A stretch of 64,000 nt of DNA from assembly GCF_037042905.1 (NCBI RefSeq), contig NC_087252.1, positions 3,784,001 to 3,848,000 of the forward strand, read 5' to 3'. The stretch's first letter is position 1, and every line of letters starts with the position of its first letter. The notes under the pieces are model-generated. The model ran no database searches and was not told the origin of the DNA. It worked only from the letters and a program-made list of their open reading frames with translations. Source of the stretch: Lytechinus pictus. Its lineage: Eukaryota. Positions 24,665 to 37,000 of this stretch are shown here, piece by piece. Position numbers and translations under genes: made by a program.

Positions 24665-26644
24665 CAAATTCAAGTCAATTCAGAGACCAATGCGAGGCAT
24701 ATTTCGGAGAGGCATTTTAGCGTTTTTTAATCGGCGGTTTTCGCCTTATGTATTATTTTCGTTATTTCTGAATGACCCACTGATAATCCCGACATCATTA
24801 CCTTTCCATTGATATATAATAAGACCACATTCATAATCAATATATTTCTCCTTTCAGTAAAATACTTTTTCTTTTATTTCCATGATAATAATAATTCTTA
24901 CTTACCCAGGGGAGTAAGCCCTTCATTCGCCATCTAACAAAGAGTTGCAATTGACCCTATCAATTTCAACTATGGATGGCCAGCAATGTTAACATCTAAA
25001 ATGCATATATGTTCAAAATATTTTCTAGATATGATGTATGTATATTCATACATCTATCGTTCTCTTGAAGAATCAGTGTGATTCTCTTTCTTTGCTTTAA
25101 AGGAGATTGAGCAAATTTCCTGTAGGAATTTTAATTAATTGGATCAATCGTAAATCTTTGTAAGACCGGGCCCTGGTGGTATCTCATAGAGCAACATATA
25201 CTGGTAGTATGAAATATGAGCTATAGGTGCATGTGCACGACAGTTGTAGTGTGCATAAAGCAGCAGAGGAGGGAGGGGGGCAGGGGACCACCCCCCCCCC
25301 CCATGGCATTGCAACTCCCATTGAATTGCAAAGTTACCATGCAACAAAGTACTGGTGGAATCTCATAAAGCTATGTGCAGAGATGCCAACCGTTTTTGCC
25401 GTATTTGTTACGTTTTTTCACCCAAAATACGGCGTTACTTTTTTTCTTTGTAAAATTTGTTTTCTTAAAATTTCGATCGTGTACAATATGCATTGTGTGT
25501 AGCTAGCTGGGTGTTTAAGGCGAGTGTGCATTACGATAGGTAGTGCGGTAATAAATTACGCATTTCTACTAATGTATAAATCCCTAATTTGGTGGTGCTT
25601 TGTGTGCTGGTGCGCGCGCGCGACAACCGATACAGGAGTACTGAGCATAGCTAAAAATTTGGGGGAAGTTGGGTCCGTTGCAAATCTTGCGGATTGAACC
25701 AATCTCATGAAACTTGGCACATAGATTAGTCTTGGTGTGAGGATGTGCAAGACACATTTTTCACGTGTCGGAAACTGCGTTGTCATGGTAACGGGCGGGG
25801 ATATTAATCACCTTCAGTGATATTTCTAGTTTTTCTTTAAAAAAATGTATCATTTGTTATCAGTCTTGCATGACATTGTACATGTAGCTGAAGAAAAGAA
25901 AAGACATTGACCAAGATTGAGCACAGTAGATTTGATCCAGAGTTGTCATTGTCTGGTAGTTTTTCAGCAAGGCTTTTTGTTTTTTATTTACAGGGAATAT
26001 TGTGAAGAAGATCAAAGAGACACATTTTACCATTTCCACAGATGGCAGCTCAGATCGCAGTGCTGATGAACAACTGTACCCAATCATCGTGAGATTTTTT
26101 TGACCATGATGAAAGACAAGTAGTCAGTGTTTTGCTTGAAATCGCAACTACCACACAGCGATCAACTGGAGAGAACATTTTCCTAATGATTGACAGAGTC
26201 CGTAAGGAGAACAGTGTCCCATGGGAACGGGTTTTGTGTTTTTCTGCAGACAATGCAGCCGTCATGATGGGGAGCCTGACTGGGACAGCTGCTTTCATAA
26301 AGAAGGCAAATCCTAACATCTATACACTGGGATGCCTGCAGAGATGCCAACCCTCCCGATTTCATCGGGAGGCTCCCGAAAATTCATCCCAACTCCCGCC
26401 CTTACGATTACCATCCTTATCCTCCCGAAATTACAATTTATTTTGCATTGATCAAATTGGATTGGAAGTACATGTATCGTCTGCTAACTTTAGCATGTAG
26501 AGTGCGCCCTCACCCTTGCTCGGACAACATGTCATCCAGCTAAACCCTTCAAAATTATATCAAATCTGCTGGTGAGAAGTTTTGGTGGTATTTTTCATGT
26601 GAGTAATATTGTTAACTGTAATACATAGATTAAGAGTGAACATT

Positions 26645-27439
26645 ATGCCTTTCAAACGTACTCTAGCAACCCCTGAAAAAGGGATATCCGAACCCCCGGA
26701 AAAATCTAGTGCGTCCAGCGGTTCGCACAGCGAAGTTCAACCCGGTGGGTCCGGGGGAACCGTAGGCGACCAATGTGCTCCAGAGTGGTTTACTTGCTTT
26801 CTTCAGAAGTTCTCAAAGCTGGAAGAAAAAATCGACAACCTTGTGATTAAGAGGCTGGAGGTTATTGCACAAAAGGCCCAGATGAATGAGGAGAAAATTG
26901 AGGCGTGTGGTGTTCAGCTGAATGAAGTTGTAGCTGAGGTGAGAAAGCTCAGGAGGGAAAAAGAGGAGTTGGACGCAAAGTTAGATGATCTCGAGAATAG
27001 GGCTAGGAGGAACAATCTTATCTTACACGGCATCCCTGAGGTAAAGAAAGAAGTTTGTGAGACAACCATTCGTGAGTTCTTGTCTGGTTTTGTTGGGGTG
27101 TCTGAATCTGATTTCACCATTGAGAGATGCCACCGTACCCCTACTGTTAGGCGAGAAGGTCACGATGATTCTAAACCTAGAATTATCCATATTGCCTTCA
27201 CCTCGTATGTGACGAAGGAAAAGGTCAGGAAAGCTAGCATCGCCAAACTCAAAGAGGCAGGTCTGTACAAAGGGAGTCGAGTCTTTGTTTCTGAGGACTT
27301 TTCACAAAAAGTACTGAACAAAAGGAGAGAGAAGAAAGAGCAACGACTTCAGTTGAAGGCGGAGGGGAAAAAACCCTTCTTCATTTACCCGGCAAGACTG
27401 GCCTATAGGGATAAGGACGGGAGGCTAATAATTGTCTAG
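26645..27439 (+). CDS. LINE ORF1p (L1-type coiled-coil + RRM + CTD)
   Basis: ATG 26645; LDDLENRARRNNLILHGIPE, IERCHR and YPARL motifs typical of L1 ORF1p. Confidence 0.9.
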   Translation: MPFKRTLATPEKGISEPPEKSSASSGSHSEVQPGGSGGTVGDQCAPEWFTCFLQKFSKLEEKIDNLVIKRLEVIAQKAQMNEEKIEACGVQLNEVVAEVRKLRREKEELDAKLDDLENRARRNNLILHGIPEVKKEVCETTIREFLSGFVGVSESDFTIERCHRTPTVRREGHDDSKPRIIHIAFTSYVTKEKVRKASIAKLKEAGLYKGSRVFVSEDFSQKVLNKRREKKEQRLQLKAEGKKPFFIYPARLAYRDKDGRLIIV

Positions 27440-27998
27440 CCTGCTGGAGTGTAAATCTAAGACTGTCAAGTTCACAGGACTTTTTTACTGGTTACATGTA
27501 GATTTCTTTTAAATCACCAACTCTAGTTTTACTCTATCTTTCTGTTCTTACATGTGACACCGTAACCATCTAATTCTTGAAATTTTACGAGATATGGTTG
27601 GATTATTTAAAAAAAAAATTTGTTAGAAGATCCCTTTTTTCTAATAAACAAGGCTAACTATATTACTTTAATCAATGTATACCAGCTAGATTTGGTTTTT
27701 TTTTCATGCATTGATATATTTTTTTTTGCTTTCAAACCGTTACACTTGCCAAAACTGTTTTCTGATTTGAAGTTTTGGCACTTTGTGTTTGCACTCTTTC
27801 ATCTTCTGCCAGAATGAAAGTTTTGATATTGTTTTTTACTTTATTTTTTTCTTGTGACAAGTACAGTATTGAAATTTTTTACAATGTTTTAAGATTGTTA
27901 AAATCTTCTCATGCAATGATGGTTTTAAACCAATATGCCAGGTTAATTGTTCCTATTTGTAAGGGGTCTCCTTTTATCAGTGTTTTTTGTGAACATTA

Positions 27999-30900
27999 AT
28001 GTTACTCAAATTATGTACCTTTAATTGTAGGGGTTTGCAAGATTTTGTAAAGCGCAGAAAAATCTTTCACTTTCTACGTAACACTGATTGTGATATTATT
28101 TTACTTCAGGAAACTCATTGTGGTAAAGATGACGAGAAATTCTGGAAATCCCAGTGGGGTGAGCACTGTTGGTTTACTAACTTCTCTTCCAATAGTCGGG
28201 GTGTTGCAATACTAATACGAAATTCTATCTCAGTGAGAATGAAGTCATCCTTCTATGACCCTCAAGGTAGATTTGTAATTCTGAATTGTTTTTTGAATGA
28301 CATACATTTGACTATTGTTAGCATTTATGCTCCCAACAACGATGACCCTAATTTTTTTCTAGAGACATTTGCAGAAATGGACAAGTTTGAAAATTCGTCC
28401 TTAATCTTGGGCGGAGACTTCAATGCCACCCTTAGTGATATTGATTACCAGGGTACAAGACACCGTCATTCAAATGTTAGGGCTAGCAATATGATTTCAG
28501 ATCTCATGGAAGAATACAACTTAATTGATGTTTGGAGACATTTTCATCCAACACAGCGACAATATACACGACATCAAAAGTCTCCCCAAGTTCTCTCCAG
28601 ATTGGATTACATTTTGGTTTCTAGTGATTTTATAGGTAACTGCGTTAAGTCGAAAATATCCCCTGGAATCCAATCTGACCATTCCATAGTATCTATACAT
28701 TTCAACGATAATAGTCCCAAAAGAGGTAAAGGATATTGGAAGCTTAATTGTTACTATTTACATCATGATGCAGAATATATAAATTTGATTAAGGAGAAGA
28801 TCTCTGAATTTAAAAATATTCATAAGGATTCTGAATGTAATCCAAACACTCTGTGGGATGCCCTTAAATGTGTAATTACTGGTTGCAGTATGGAATACTG
28901 TGCCAGAAAAAAGAAAGAAAGGAAAAAAGAAAAGGATCATCTCAATAAAGAAATTGAGATAATGAAGTCTCAACTAAGTGAAAATGTCTCCAAGAATAAA
29001 CAACTTTTAGCAAATATAGCTGATCTGGAAGATAAATTGGATAAATTATATGATTTCGAGACAAAAGGTTTGATAATCAGATCCAGGGTCAGATGGTTAG
29101 AAGAAGGAGAAAAGAATTCAAAATATTTTTGTAATTTAGAAAATAGATCTTGGCAGAAAAAAACTATCAGTACAATCAAGGATGGAGAGGGAAAGTTGTC
29201 TTCTGACCCAGATAAGATATTAAAAGAAATTCATGACTTTTATGAAAACTTGTATAGTAATTCCCAACATCAGAATAGCTCAGATGATAATTTCCAAGAT
29301 CTATTTAATAAGATAAATATTCCTAAATTAACAGATAGTGAAAAAGAATTATTAGAAAAACCACTTTCAAAACAAGAGATAGTTGATGTCATTAAATCTA
29401 TAAAAACCAACAAAGCCCCTGGCTTTGATGGTCTTCCTATTGAATTTTACGTAGAGTTTTGGCCGGATATATGTGATATGCTATTAGATTCTTTTAATTT
29501 TTCTCTACGAAGTGGGATGATGTCATTATCACAAAGAAATGGTATTATAACCCTCCTTCCGAAAAAAAACAGGGATGAACTTTTGATTAAAAACTACCGG
29601 CCTATTACGCTTTTGACGGTTGATTATAAAATATTGGCAAAATGTCTGGCAGAACGTATTAAACGTTTTATTAATTGTCTTATTCATACTGATCAATCTG
29701 CTTTTTTAAGAGGTAGAAACATAAGTCATAATGTACGTTTAATATTTGATATCATAGAGTATACTGAAGCAAATAATATACCAGGAGCTATACTACTACT
29801 TGATATTGAAAAGGCTTTTGACAGTGTAAATCATAATTTCCTTTTTCAGACTTTAAAACAGTTCAACTTTGGGGACAACTTCTTATCTTGGATAAAGACT
29901 CTTTATAAGGAACGTACTTCTTATGTACTAAATAATGGCTTTTTGACTAATCGCATTTCGATGCAACGAGGTATTTTTCAAGGCTGCCCTATTTCTCCAT
30001 ATTTATTTTTGTTTGTTATTGAGATTTTGGCATTATCAATAAGACAAAACGATAATTTGAATGGAATGAAGATACAAGACCATGAAGTTAAAATTTCTTT
30101 ATTTGCAGATGATTCTGTTTGTTTTATAGATGGGTCCAGAAAGTCATTTGATTCATTGTTTGATGTTTTGTACCAATTTGGGAAATATTCTGGATGCAAG
30201 TTGAATTTATCTAAGACTGAAGCAATTTGGATTGGGTCAAAGAAAGGGTGCCAAGACTTCCCCATGAGTAATCAAGGAATTACTTGGAGAAACTCTACAT
30301 TTAAGTCTTTAGGGATAAATTTTTCATTGGATTTGAGTTTGATATTTGATCTTAATTATAAAGACAAACTTAAGCAAATGACACAGACCATAAATTGTTG
30401 GCGGATGAGAAATCTATCTCTTATTGGTAAAATTTGTGTGATCAAGTCTTTAGTCTTGCCTCAACTAATTTATCTGTTCTCTGTGTTAAGTATAAAAACA
30501 CCCCAAAAATATTTTAATGAATTAAATAGTCTTTTTTTCAAGTTTATTTGGAATGGTGGAAAAGATAGAGTCAAAAGAAAATATATGTATAGTGATTATA
30601 TTCAATGTGGCCTAAAAATGATTGATCCTTGGGTTTTTTCTCTTGCTCAGAAAATGTCTTGGGTGAAACTTTTACTTAATGATAAATATGTTTCAGCATG
30701 GAAGTCCATTGAAGTGCTGGCTTTGGAAAAATTTCATAAGGATAACAAAATTTTATGGAAAGCATTTGCCCCAGAATCAATTTTAAAATCTCTGGAAAAC
30801 TCTCAAATAGCTGATTCATTGCGAACTTGGTATGTCTATCGTGAATATGCTACTCTAGAATCATATCACGCTAAATTCTCTGAAATTGGTACTTGTCAGA

Positions 30901-31763
30901 TTTTGTGGTTTAATAGACTCATTCGCTCTAAATCCAAAAGGTATTTTTATTATGAATCATGGGATAACAAGAATATCTCAAGCATTTCAGATCTATTGAA
31001 CCCACCCTTACCAAACCATAAATTGTTTGAAGAATTGATTTTAGACTTTGACATTCCTAGATCAGATCGAAGAAAATATAATTTTTTGATCAAACACATT
31101 CCAGAGGACTGGTTAGACGTTCCTTTTTTATATAGTGTAAACATTCATGATTCCTTAGTTTCCTCGTTACTTGTTATTAAAAAAGTACCTAAGTATGCTT
31201 ATAAGATAATGAATGTACCTCAGATCCCTGAGAAGAGGTATGATTATTGGAATAGTCAAATTACTGTTCCTGAAGAAACCATTTGGGAGAAGGTTCATAA
31301 TGTCAATTTCACTTGTACTATTGACACTAGATTGCGTTCTTTTTATTTTAAAATATTTCATAAAACAATAGCATTGAATAATTTTTTATTCAAAATCAAT
31401 AGAAAGGAATCTCCCAACTGTGTATTTTGTGACAAGGAAGAAGAAACGATTGAACACTTATTTTGCGAATGTGAAAAAGTGACTCCACTTTGGAAATATG
31501 TTACAAATTCGTTAGAACGTAAAAGCAATGTTATTAATCTTACGAATTTTGAAAAACTGTTCGGTATAATAACTGATAAGTTTGTAACTTACATTTTATT
31601 GATTGTGAAATATTACATATATATTTGTAAATTTAGAGGTGATACTCCAAATGTTGAATTCTTTAAGAATTTCATCAAATCTCAAAGGGAAACTGAATAC
31701 TATATGGCCAAAAAAAGAAACAAGCTCGCTTTACATTTAAAAAAATGGAGATTTGAGCTTTGA
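27999..31763 (+). CDS. LINE ORF2p (APE endonuclease, reverse transcriptase, C-terminal CCHC-like zinc finger)
   Basis: 1254-aa open frame: LQETH, GGDFN, SRLDY, SDH (EN); APGFDG, YRPITLL, LDIEKAFD, QGCPISP, FADD (RT); CVFC...HLFCEC. RSRVRWLEEGEKNSKYF is typical of L1/Tx1-type ORF2s. Confidence 0.97.
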   Translation: MLLKLCTFNCRGLQDFVKRRKIFHFLRNTDCDIILLQETHCGKDDEKFWKSQWGEHCWFTNFSSNSRGVAILIRNSISVRMKSSFYDPQGRFVILNCFLNDIHLTIVSIYAPNNDDPNFFLETFAEMDKFENSSLILGGDFNATLSDIDYQGTRHRHSNVRASNMISDLMEEYNLIDVWRHFHPTQRQYTRHQKSPQVLSRLDYILVSSDFIGNCVKSKISPGIQSDHSIVSIHFNDNSPKRGKGYWKLNCYYLHHDAEYINLIKEKISEFKNIHKDSECNPNTLWDALKCVITGCSMEYCARKKKERKKEKDHLNKEIEIMKSQLSENVSKNKQLLANIADLEDKLDKLYDFETKGLIIRSRVRWLEEGEKNSKYFCNLENRSWQKKTISTIKDGEGKLSSDPDKILKEIHDFYENLYSNSQHQNSSDDNFQDLFNKINIPKLTDSEKELLEKPLSKQEIVDVIKSIKTNKAPGFDGLPIEFYVEFWPDICDMLLDSFNFSLRSGMMSLSQRNGIITLLPKKNRDELLIKNYRPITLLTVDYKILAKCLAERIKRFINCLIHTDQSAFLRGRNISHNVRLIFDIIEYTEANNIPGAILLLDIEKAFDSVNHNFLFQTLKQFNFGDNFLSWIKTLYKERTSYVLNNGFLTNRISMQRGIFQGCPISPYLFLFVIEILALSIRQNDNLNGMKIQDHEVKISLFADDSVCFIDGSRKSFDSLFDVLYQFGKYSGCKLNLSKTEAIWIGSKKGCQDFPMSNQGITWRNSTFKSLGINFSLDLSLIFDLNYKDKLKQMTQTINCWRMRNLSLIGKICVIKSLVLPQLIYLFSVLSIKTPQKYFNELNSLFFKFIWNGGKDRVKRKYMYSDYIQCGLKMIDPWVFSLAQKMSWVKLLLNDKYVSAWKSIEVLALEKFHKDNKILWKAFAPESILKSLENSQIADSLRTWYVYREYATLESYHAKFSEIGTCQILWFNRLIRSKSKRYFYYESWDNKNISSISDLLNPPLPNHKLFEELILDFDIPRSDRRKYNFLIKHIPEDWLDVPFLYSVNIHDSLVSSLLVIKKVPKYAYKIMNVPQIPEKRYDYWNSQITVPEETIWEKVHNVNFTCTIDTRLRSFYFKIFHKTIALNNFLFKINRKESPNCVFCDKEEETIEHLFCECEKVTPLWKYVTNSLERKSNVINLTNFEKLFGIITDKFVTYILLIVKYYIYICKFRGDTPNVEFFKNFIKSQRETEYYMAKKRNKLALHLKKWRFEL

Positions 31764-32288
31764 AGAAGTTCACTTGTAAAACACGTTGCATTTTTTTTTA
31801 TACCCGTAAGTACAGGTTAATATTTTGCCACGGCTCATTACCTGATATAATGATTGTACGTATGTGTTCAGACTCTAATTGTTTTAGTTTGTTCTGGATG
31901 ATGTTACTTGTCACTTTTTTTTCTTTTTTTTCTTTATCAATTTTGTTGTTTTATTTTTGTTTGTTTGTTTACGATCATGTCTAATTGTGTAAATATTGTG
32001 ATTTCCTGTAATTGATTATTTATGAAAACAATAAAAACATAATTAAAAAAAAAAAAAAAAAACTTTAGCATGTAGTAACTCCATTACGTTCGCTGCTACT
32101 AAATTCTGTGTGAAAGGCAGACAAATAAGGAGCAGCGAAAAGCTGGTGCATGTGATATGCCCAACGGGAATCCACTGTGCACCAGGCCGGTAGGCCCGGC
32201 TAGCTTTGCGAGGCGTGTGCGCTCGCTGGATTTTTTGAGTCGTACGGTGTGTGATTTCGGCGTATTGATGGATTGATATTGACACAAA

Positions 32289-34034
32289 ATGGCGGAAAAT
32301 CAACAAAAGAAGACCAAGAAATGGTCTCAGAAGTATAAGACCGAATACAGTCTCCAGTACCCGTGTATTCGGAAGTCGGAAAGAGGAATTTACCATGCAT
32401 TTTGCACAATTTGCAGCGTGGACATTTCAGTTGAGCACGGAGGTCGTGGTGATATTCGGAAGCACGTAGGGAGCAAACGGCATACGGACATTGTGAAGAA
32501 GAGATCTTCGAGCTCCACTAGTACCCTGTTGACTTATTTCACCAAGCAAGGGACCAGCGAGGAGGAAGACGTTACCCGCGCTGAGCTTTTCTTTACTGGA
32601 TTTATAGTGGAACATAACCTGCCTATAGCTGTCACAGACCACGCTGGCCCTCTATTTAGGAAGATGTTTCCAGACTCGAAAGTGGCTTCGAAATATGGCT
32701 GTGCTCGGACAAAAACTTCAGCAATAATTGGTGAGTTATCAAATGTTACTGCTACATCTATTGCTGATATTGCCAGAGTGTCTCCCTTCAGTGTAGCTAC
32801 AGATGGGAGCAATGATGGTGGTGAGGCTCAACTTTACCCTGTCCTCATAACGTACTTTGACAACAGTGCTGGAATTGTGAAACAAGGTTTGCTAAGCTTA
32901 CCATCATGCAAACAAGATCCCACTGGAGAAAACATCTACGAACTGCTCAATAAAGAGTTCAATGACAGGAAAATTTCATAGAAAAATTGTGTTTCCTTTT
33001 GTGCTGACAATGCTAGTGTGATGGTGGGTAAGCACAGAGGAGTTGCTGCTTATATCCACAAAGAAAACCCAGAGTGCTATATCATGGGCTGCCCATGCCA
33101 TATATGATACATAATACAGCCAAAAAGGCAGCTCAGGCCTTACCAGTTGCATTGGATGAATTTCTTGTTGATATCTACTACTATTTAGACAAGAGCAGTA
33201 AACGCATTAAAGGAGTGAAAGCCCTGCAAGAACTTTGTGATGCCCCGACACACAAGATTCTGAAGCATGCTGCAACAAGATGGCTGTCACTTGGTCAGTG
33301 CTTAGACAGGTTAATAGAACAATGGGAGCCCCTTCGCCTCTTCTTCAAAGCAGAAGTGCAAAAAAAGATGAAACCGAAGAAAGCCATAAATCTAACATCC
33401 AGCAAGAAGAAGACCGCTGTATCTACTGGCACTGCAGGATCTGTAGCTACAGTAAGCACAAGTGGAGCAACACTGGTGAGAGCTGGTAGCATCACTGGCC
33501 CTTCAGGTTCATCTCTTAGAGACCAGATTCCTTCAGAGTCAAGAAAAACTACTCCCATTGAAAGGCAAAGGAGGACCAAAGATAAGTTCTGCTTTTGCCA
33601 AGTCACTTGATAGAAGCTCAGCAAAACCCTCAAGTCAGAGGCCTACTCCTTCCTTGTCTGCATCCAGCTCAAGCTCTCTCCTTAAGCGTAAAATTGGATC
33701 TGGTACTCAGAGTCTGACTACTTCTGCTGGCAGTAAACGCAAGTGTAATCTTCCTGCCACTAAGTGTTCTACTAGTACTACAACAAAAAGTGCATCTTCC
33801 TCCCACACCTCTTGTGAAAGGGCATTCAGTGTTGTGCGGAAGAACCATACTGAATTTCGTCCAAACTTGAGTGTCAGAACCCTGGAAGCCCTCTTGATTG
33901 AAAAGCTTGCACATAGTACCCCTTGCTTTCAAAGGGAATACAGCAAAGACATTATCAGAAGGGCTAAGAAAGCCACACAGCTGTCACTCAGCAAAGCTGC
34001 TGGAGAAGGAAGCAGTACTAGTTCTAGCCAGTGA
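32289..34034 (+). pseudogene. hAT transposase of element B (stop, frameshifts, internal deletion)
   Basis: N-terminal Zn finger (CTIC...H...H), ATDGSND, in-frame TAG 32979-32981 (Trp in element A), CADNASVM, GCPCH with a 2-nt frameshift at ~33100, TRWLSL, CERAFS. It lacks the segment that element A has at ~36320-36960. Confidence 0.85.
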
Positions 34035-37000
34035 GGTAAGAGGAATATTGCTTACAAATATATGTACAAAATGAGGGGAGAATAGAAGAAAAGTACCTGC
34101 ACTATACTAAAGAGGATAATTCCTCATTATTATTGTTGAACAGGTACTTTTCTTCTATTGTCCCCTCATTTTTTTTACATGTAAAAATGCATATTTGATA
34201 TTTTTCTTTAATTTTTATGTTAAAAAAGTGGGAACAATGTTTCTTTAAAAACATGTGAAATGCTCCAAAATAAGGGTCAGATTGCACCAGAGAGCATCTA
34301 GAAACCCCGGCCGCAAGGGTCGAGCGCTCGAGATGTGCGCTACGCGCACATAATTTGGTGTCGGTTGCAAATCCTCCCTTCTGATTTCCAAAAGTTGGCA
34401 TCTCTGTGCCTGTGCCATAGACTGCATTTGGCAGCTGTGAAGGGGGCACAAGAGCTCCCATTTGCTCCAGAAGACTTGCTGATCCAAGTGTATTATTACT
34501 TGGAGAAGTCTAGCAAACGCCACAAAGAGTTCAACAGCTTCCAAACCATGAGTGGTGTTCAAACTCATTCAATTTTGCGACATGTATGTACAAGGTGGCT
34601 CTCCCTGGAAAATGCATTGAACAGACTGCTGGAGCAATGGACCCCACTTCAGCTATACTTCCAATCTAAAGCCGAATCTGGAAAGAGAAAATGTAAGGAA
34701 TCATCAGTCCCTCCCCAGTCAAAGAAGCAAAAAGTCAGCCACGATGGTCCAGATCTCTCTAAAGATGGTTCTGTTATAGGCTCAACTCAAACATCTGCCA
34801 AGTCATCTGCCAAGTCATCTGCCAAGTCATCCGCCAAGACATTGGCTTGTACTAACCCTTGTGCAATCAAGAAATGTGCATCTTCCGTAAGTTTGAAAAA
34901 AATAATGAGTAAAACCTGACAACTTCAGACCATGATGTACTCAATTTAAAATTAATTATACCATTATACCATGTCAAACATTTAGTAACATGTACTGCTT
35001 TAGCCCATTCAGTACCAGACCATATCAAAATGTGGACCGATGTACAATCATTCTTGATTGACTAAAAAAAAAAATTCTAAAGAATTTACCAAAGAAACAA
35101 TTACTTAAAAAAAGAACCCCTCATTTGTCAGTTTAAAGGTGCAATGACTAATAGAAAATTATAGGCAAAATAATCTGCAAATTCTTAAATTGGCAACATA
35201 TACAAAGATTGAAGATCACTATTCTAGGAGCAAATTGGCAACTTTATCGATTGGAAAGGATTGCCAAATGTTTATATTGTCTACACAAAACATCAAGTTT
35301 CACCAAATTGCCATAAAAATAAAGAAATTAATGTTTCCAATTTGATGATTAAATACTGATTTATTTCCTCAGAAATAAATCTAAGTGTGATTTGTTACTC
35401 AATGAGAAAAGGTTGTTAAATTTTACCTGATCTTTTTCTTCACTTTGTCTATTTTTATAAAAAAGATGACCACGAACAGTTCTGCCAATCCAACCAAGAA
35501 CTGGAGTATTATCAAGCATCCTATTCTGGCCTCTTCATCTTCACTCACTCTGAGCAGTGCTATGAAGTCCTTCAAGAAACCACATACTTCAGTGAGTACT
35601 TCATTTGCATCTGAATGATCCATTTAATTTTGTTTCTGCTAATACATGTAATCAGTCCATGATTGATGCTTTTTAAGCCATTCATTGCTCTTTTAGTCTT
35701 AGTGGATATTTGTTCTTTTATAACTTTTCATGTATAATGTAAATCATCATAAACTGTAAATCTTGGTTAGAAATCAAATATAATTCAACAACCAATGCAC
35801 CCTGTAGGCCCTGTACTCTTTAGTTATGACGTTTTCCACTGGTGTTTCTAATACCATGACCGAAGCAAAGAAGAAAAGAACCCAGCATTGAATAACTGAG
35901 TGAATATTGAATTTTATAAGGAATAAGTCCATTCATTGAAATATTTAAAATGGAAACAAATTGCCATGAAATAGTTAAAAGAAATCACAAATGTTCATTT
36001 TCCCACTCCTTTTTTAGGTCAAAGTAAGCACTACAACCACTGCAAAGTCTACAACCAAGTCTACAACCAAAGTGAATCTGGCTTCTAGTAAGAATCCTCC
36101 TGCAAGTTTGGGTAAAGATTCATCATTGAGTGGTCAACAAGAGTACATCACAGGGTACTGTAAAGTTGTTTGCCGGTTCAAGGTCACATAGTCACACCTT
36201 CAGCAAGAATGGGGTGACACCCAAGAGTACCAAGTCTTCAACACAAGGCAGAACTGTTGCTGGGTCATCTCAACAGAGCGCAAACAAGGCTGGTGGAATC
36301 TTCAGCAAGTTTCAGGATAGGAATAAGTTGTACTGCTTGTTCATCCAAAATGTCATCCCAATGTACAATCATCTGAATTTGGAGCTTCAAGAGGAAACTC
36401 CAAAAATACATCTACTGTATGACAAACTACAACGCCTTCTCCATAATCTGTTAGTTCGCTTTGTCAAGCCTACTGTCATAGCTGGTGCGTCTAAAATCAG
36501 CTTGGTAGACTACAAATCTGAAATGAATCAGAAAAGCAATGAAGACTGGATTCTAAGAAATGCAGTCCGAGAATCTCTTGCCTCGGGGAAGCTCACCCAG
36601 GATGAAAAGACAGAGTTCTTTGCAGCAGTCCGAAAGTACTTTCTGTCTGTGTGCAATTATGTTCTGGCCAAGTTCCCTTTTGAGGGTGAAGTCATACAGC
36701 ATGCCCGTGTTGCAAATCCAAGGATGAGGATGGAGACAAGCTTTGCTATAGCGTATCTTACTTTGTGAGAAGGTTTGGGTACATGCAAGATAAGCTGGAT
36801 GAACTTGAATTGGAGTATGGCAACTTCCAAACAGATCCTCTTCCTGGCATCCCTTTGGAGGAAAGAGCTGACACAATATGGCTTCTCATTTCCGATATGA
36901 ACGATACCTCTCTGAATCAGAAATATGTGTACCTCCCAAAAGTCATGCTCCTGGTGCTCTCTATCGCCCACAGCAATGCTTCAGACAAAAGGCTTTTTAG

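Larger units (their letters stand above)
26501..32060 (+). mobile_element. full-length L1/Tx1-clade non-LTR retrotransposon
   Basis: 15-bp TSD AACTTTAGCATGTAG (26486-26500, 32061-32075), AATAAA 32030-32035, polyA from 32045, and two intact ORFs. Confidence 0.95.
26339..34406 (+). mobile_element. hAT element B (defective), host of the LINE
   Basis: 13-bp TIR CAGAGATGCCAAC; perfect 6-bp TSD TGCCTG (26333-26338, 34407-34412). Confidence 0.9.
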
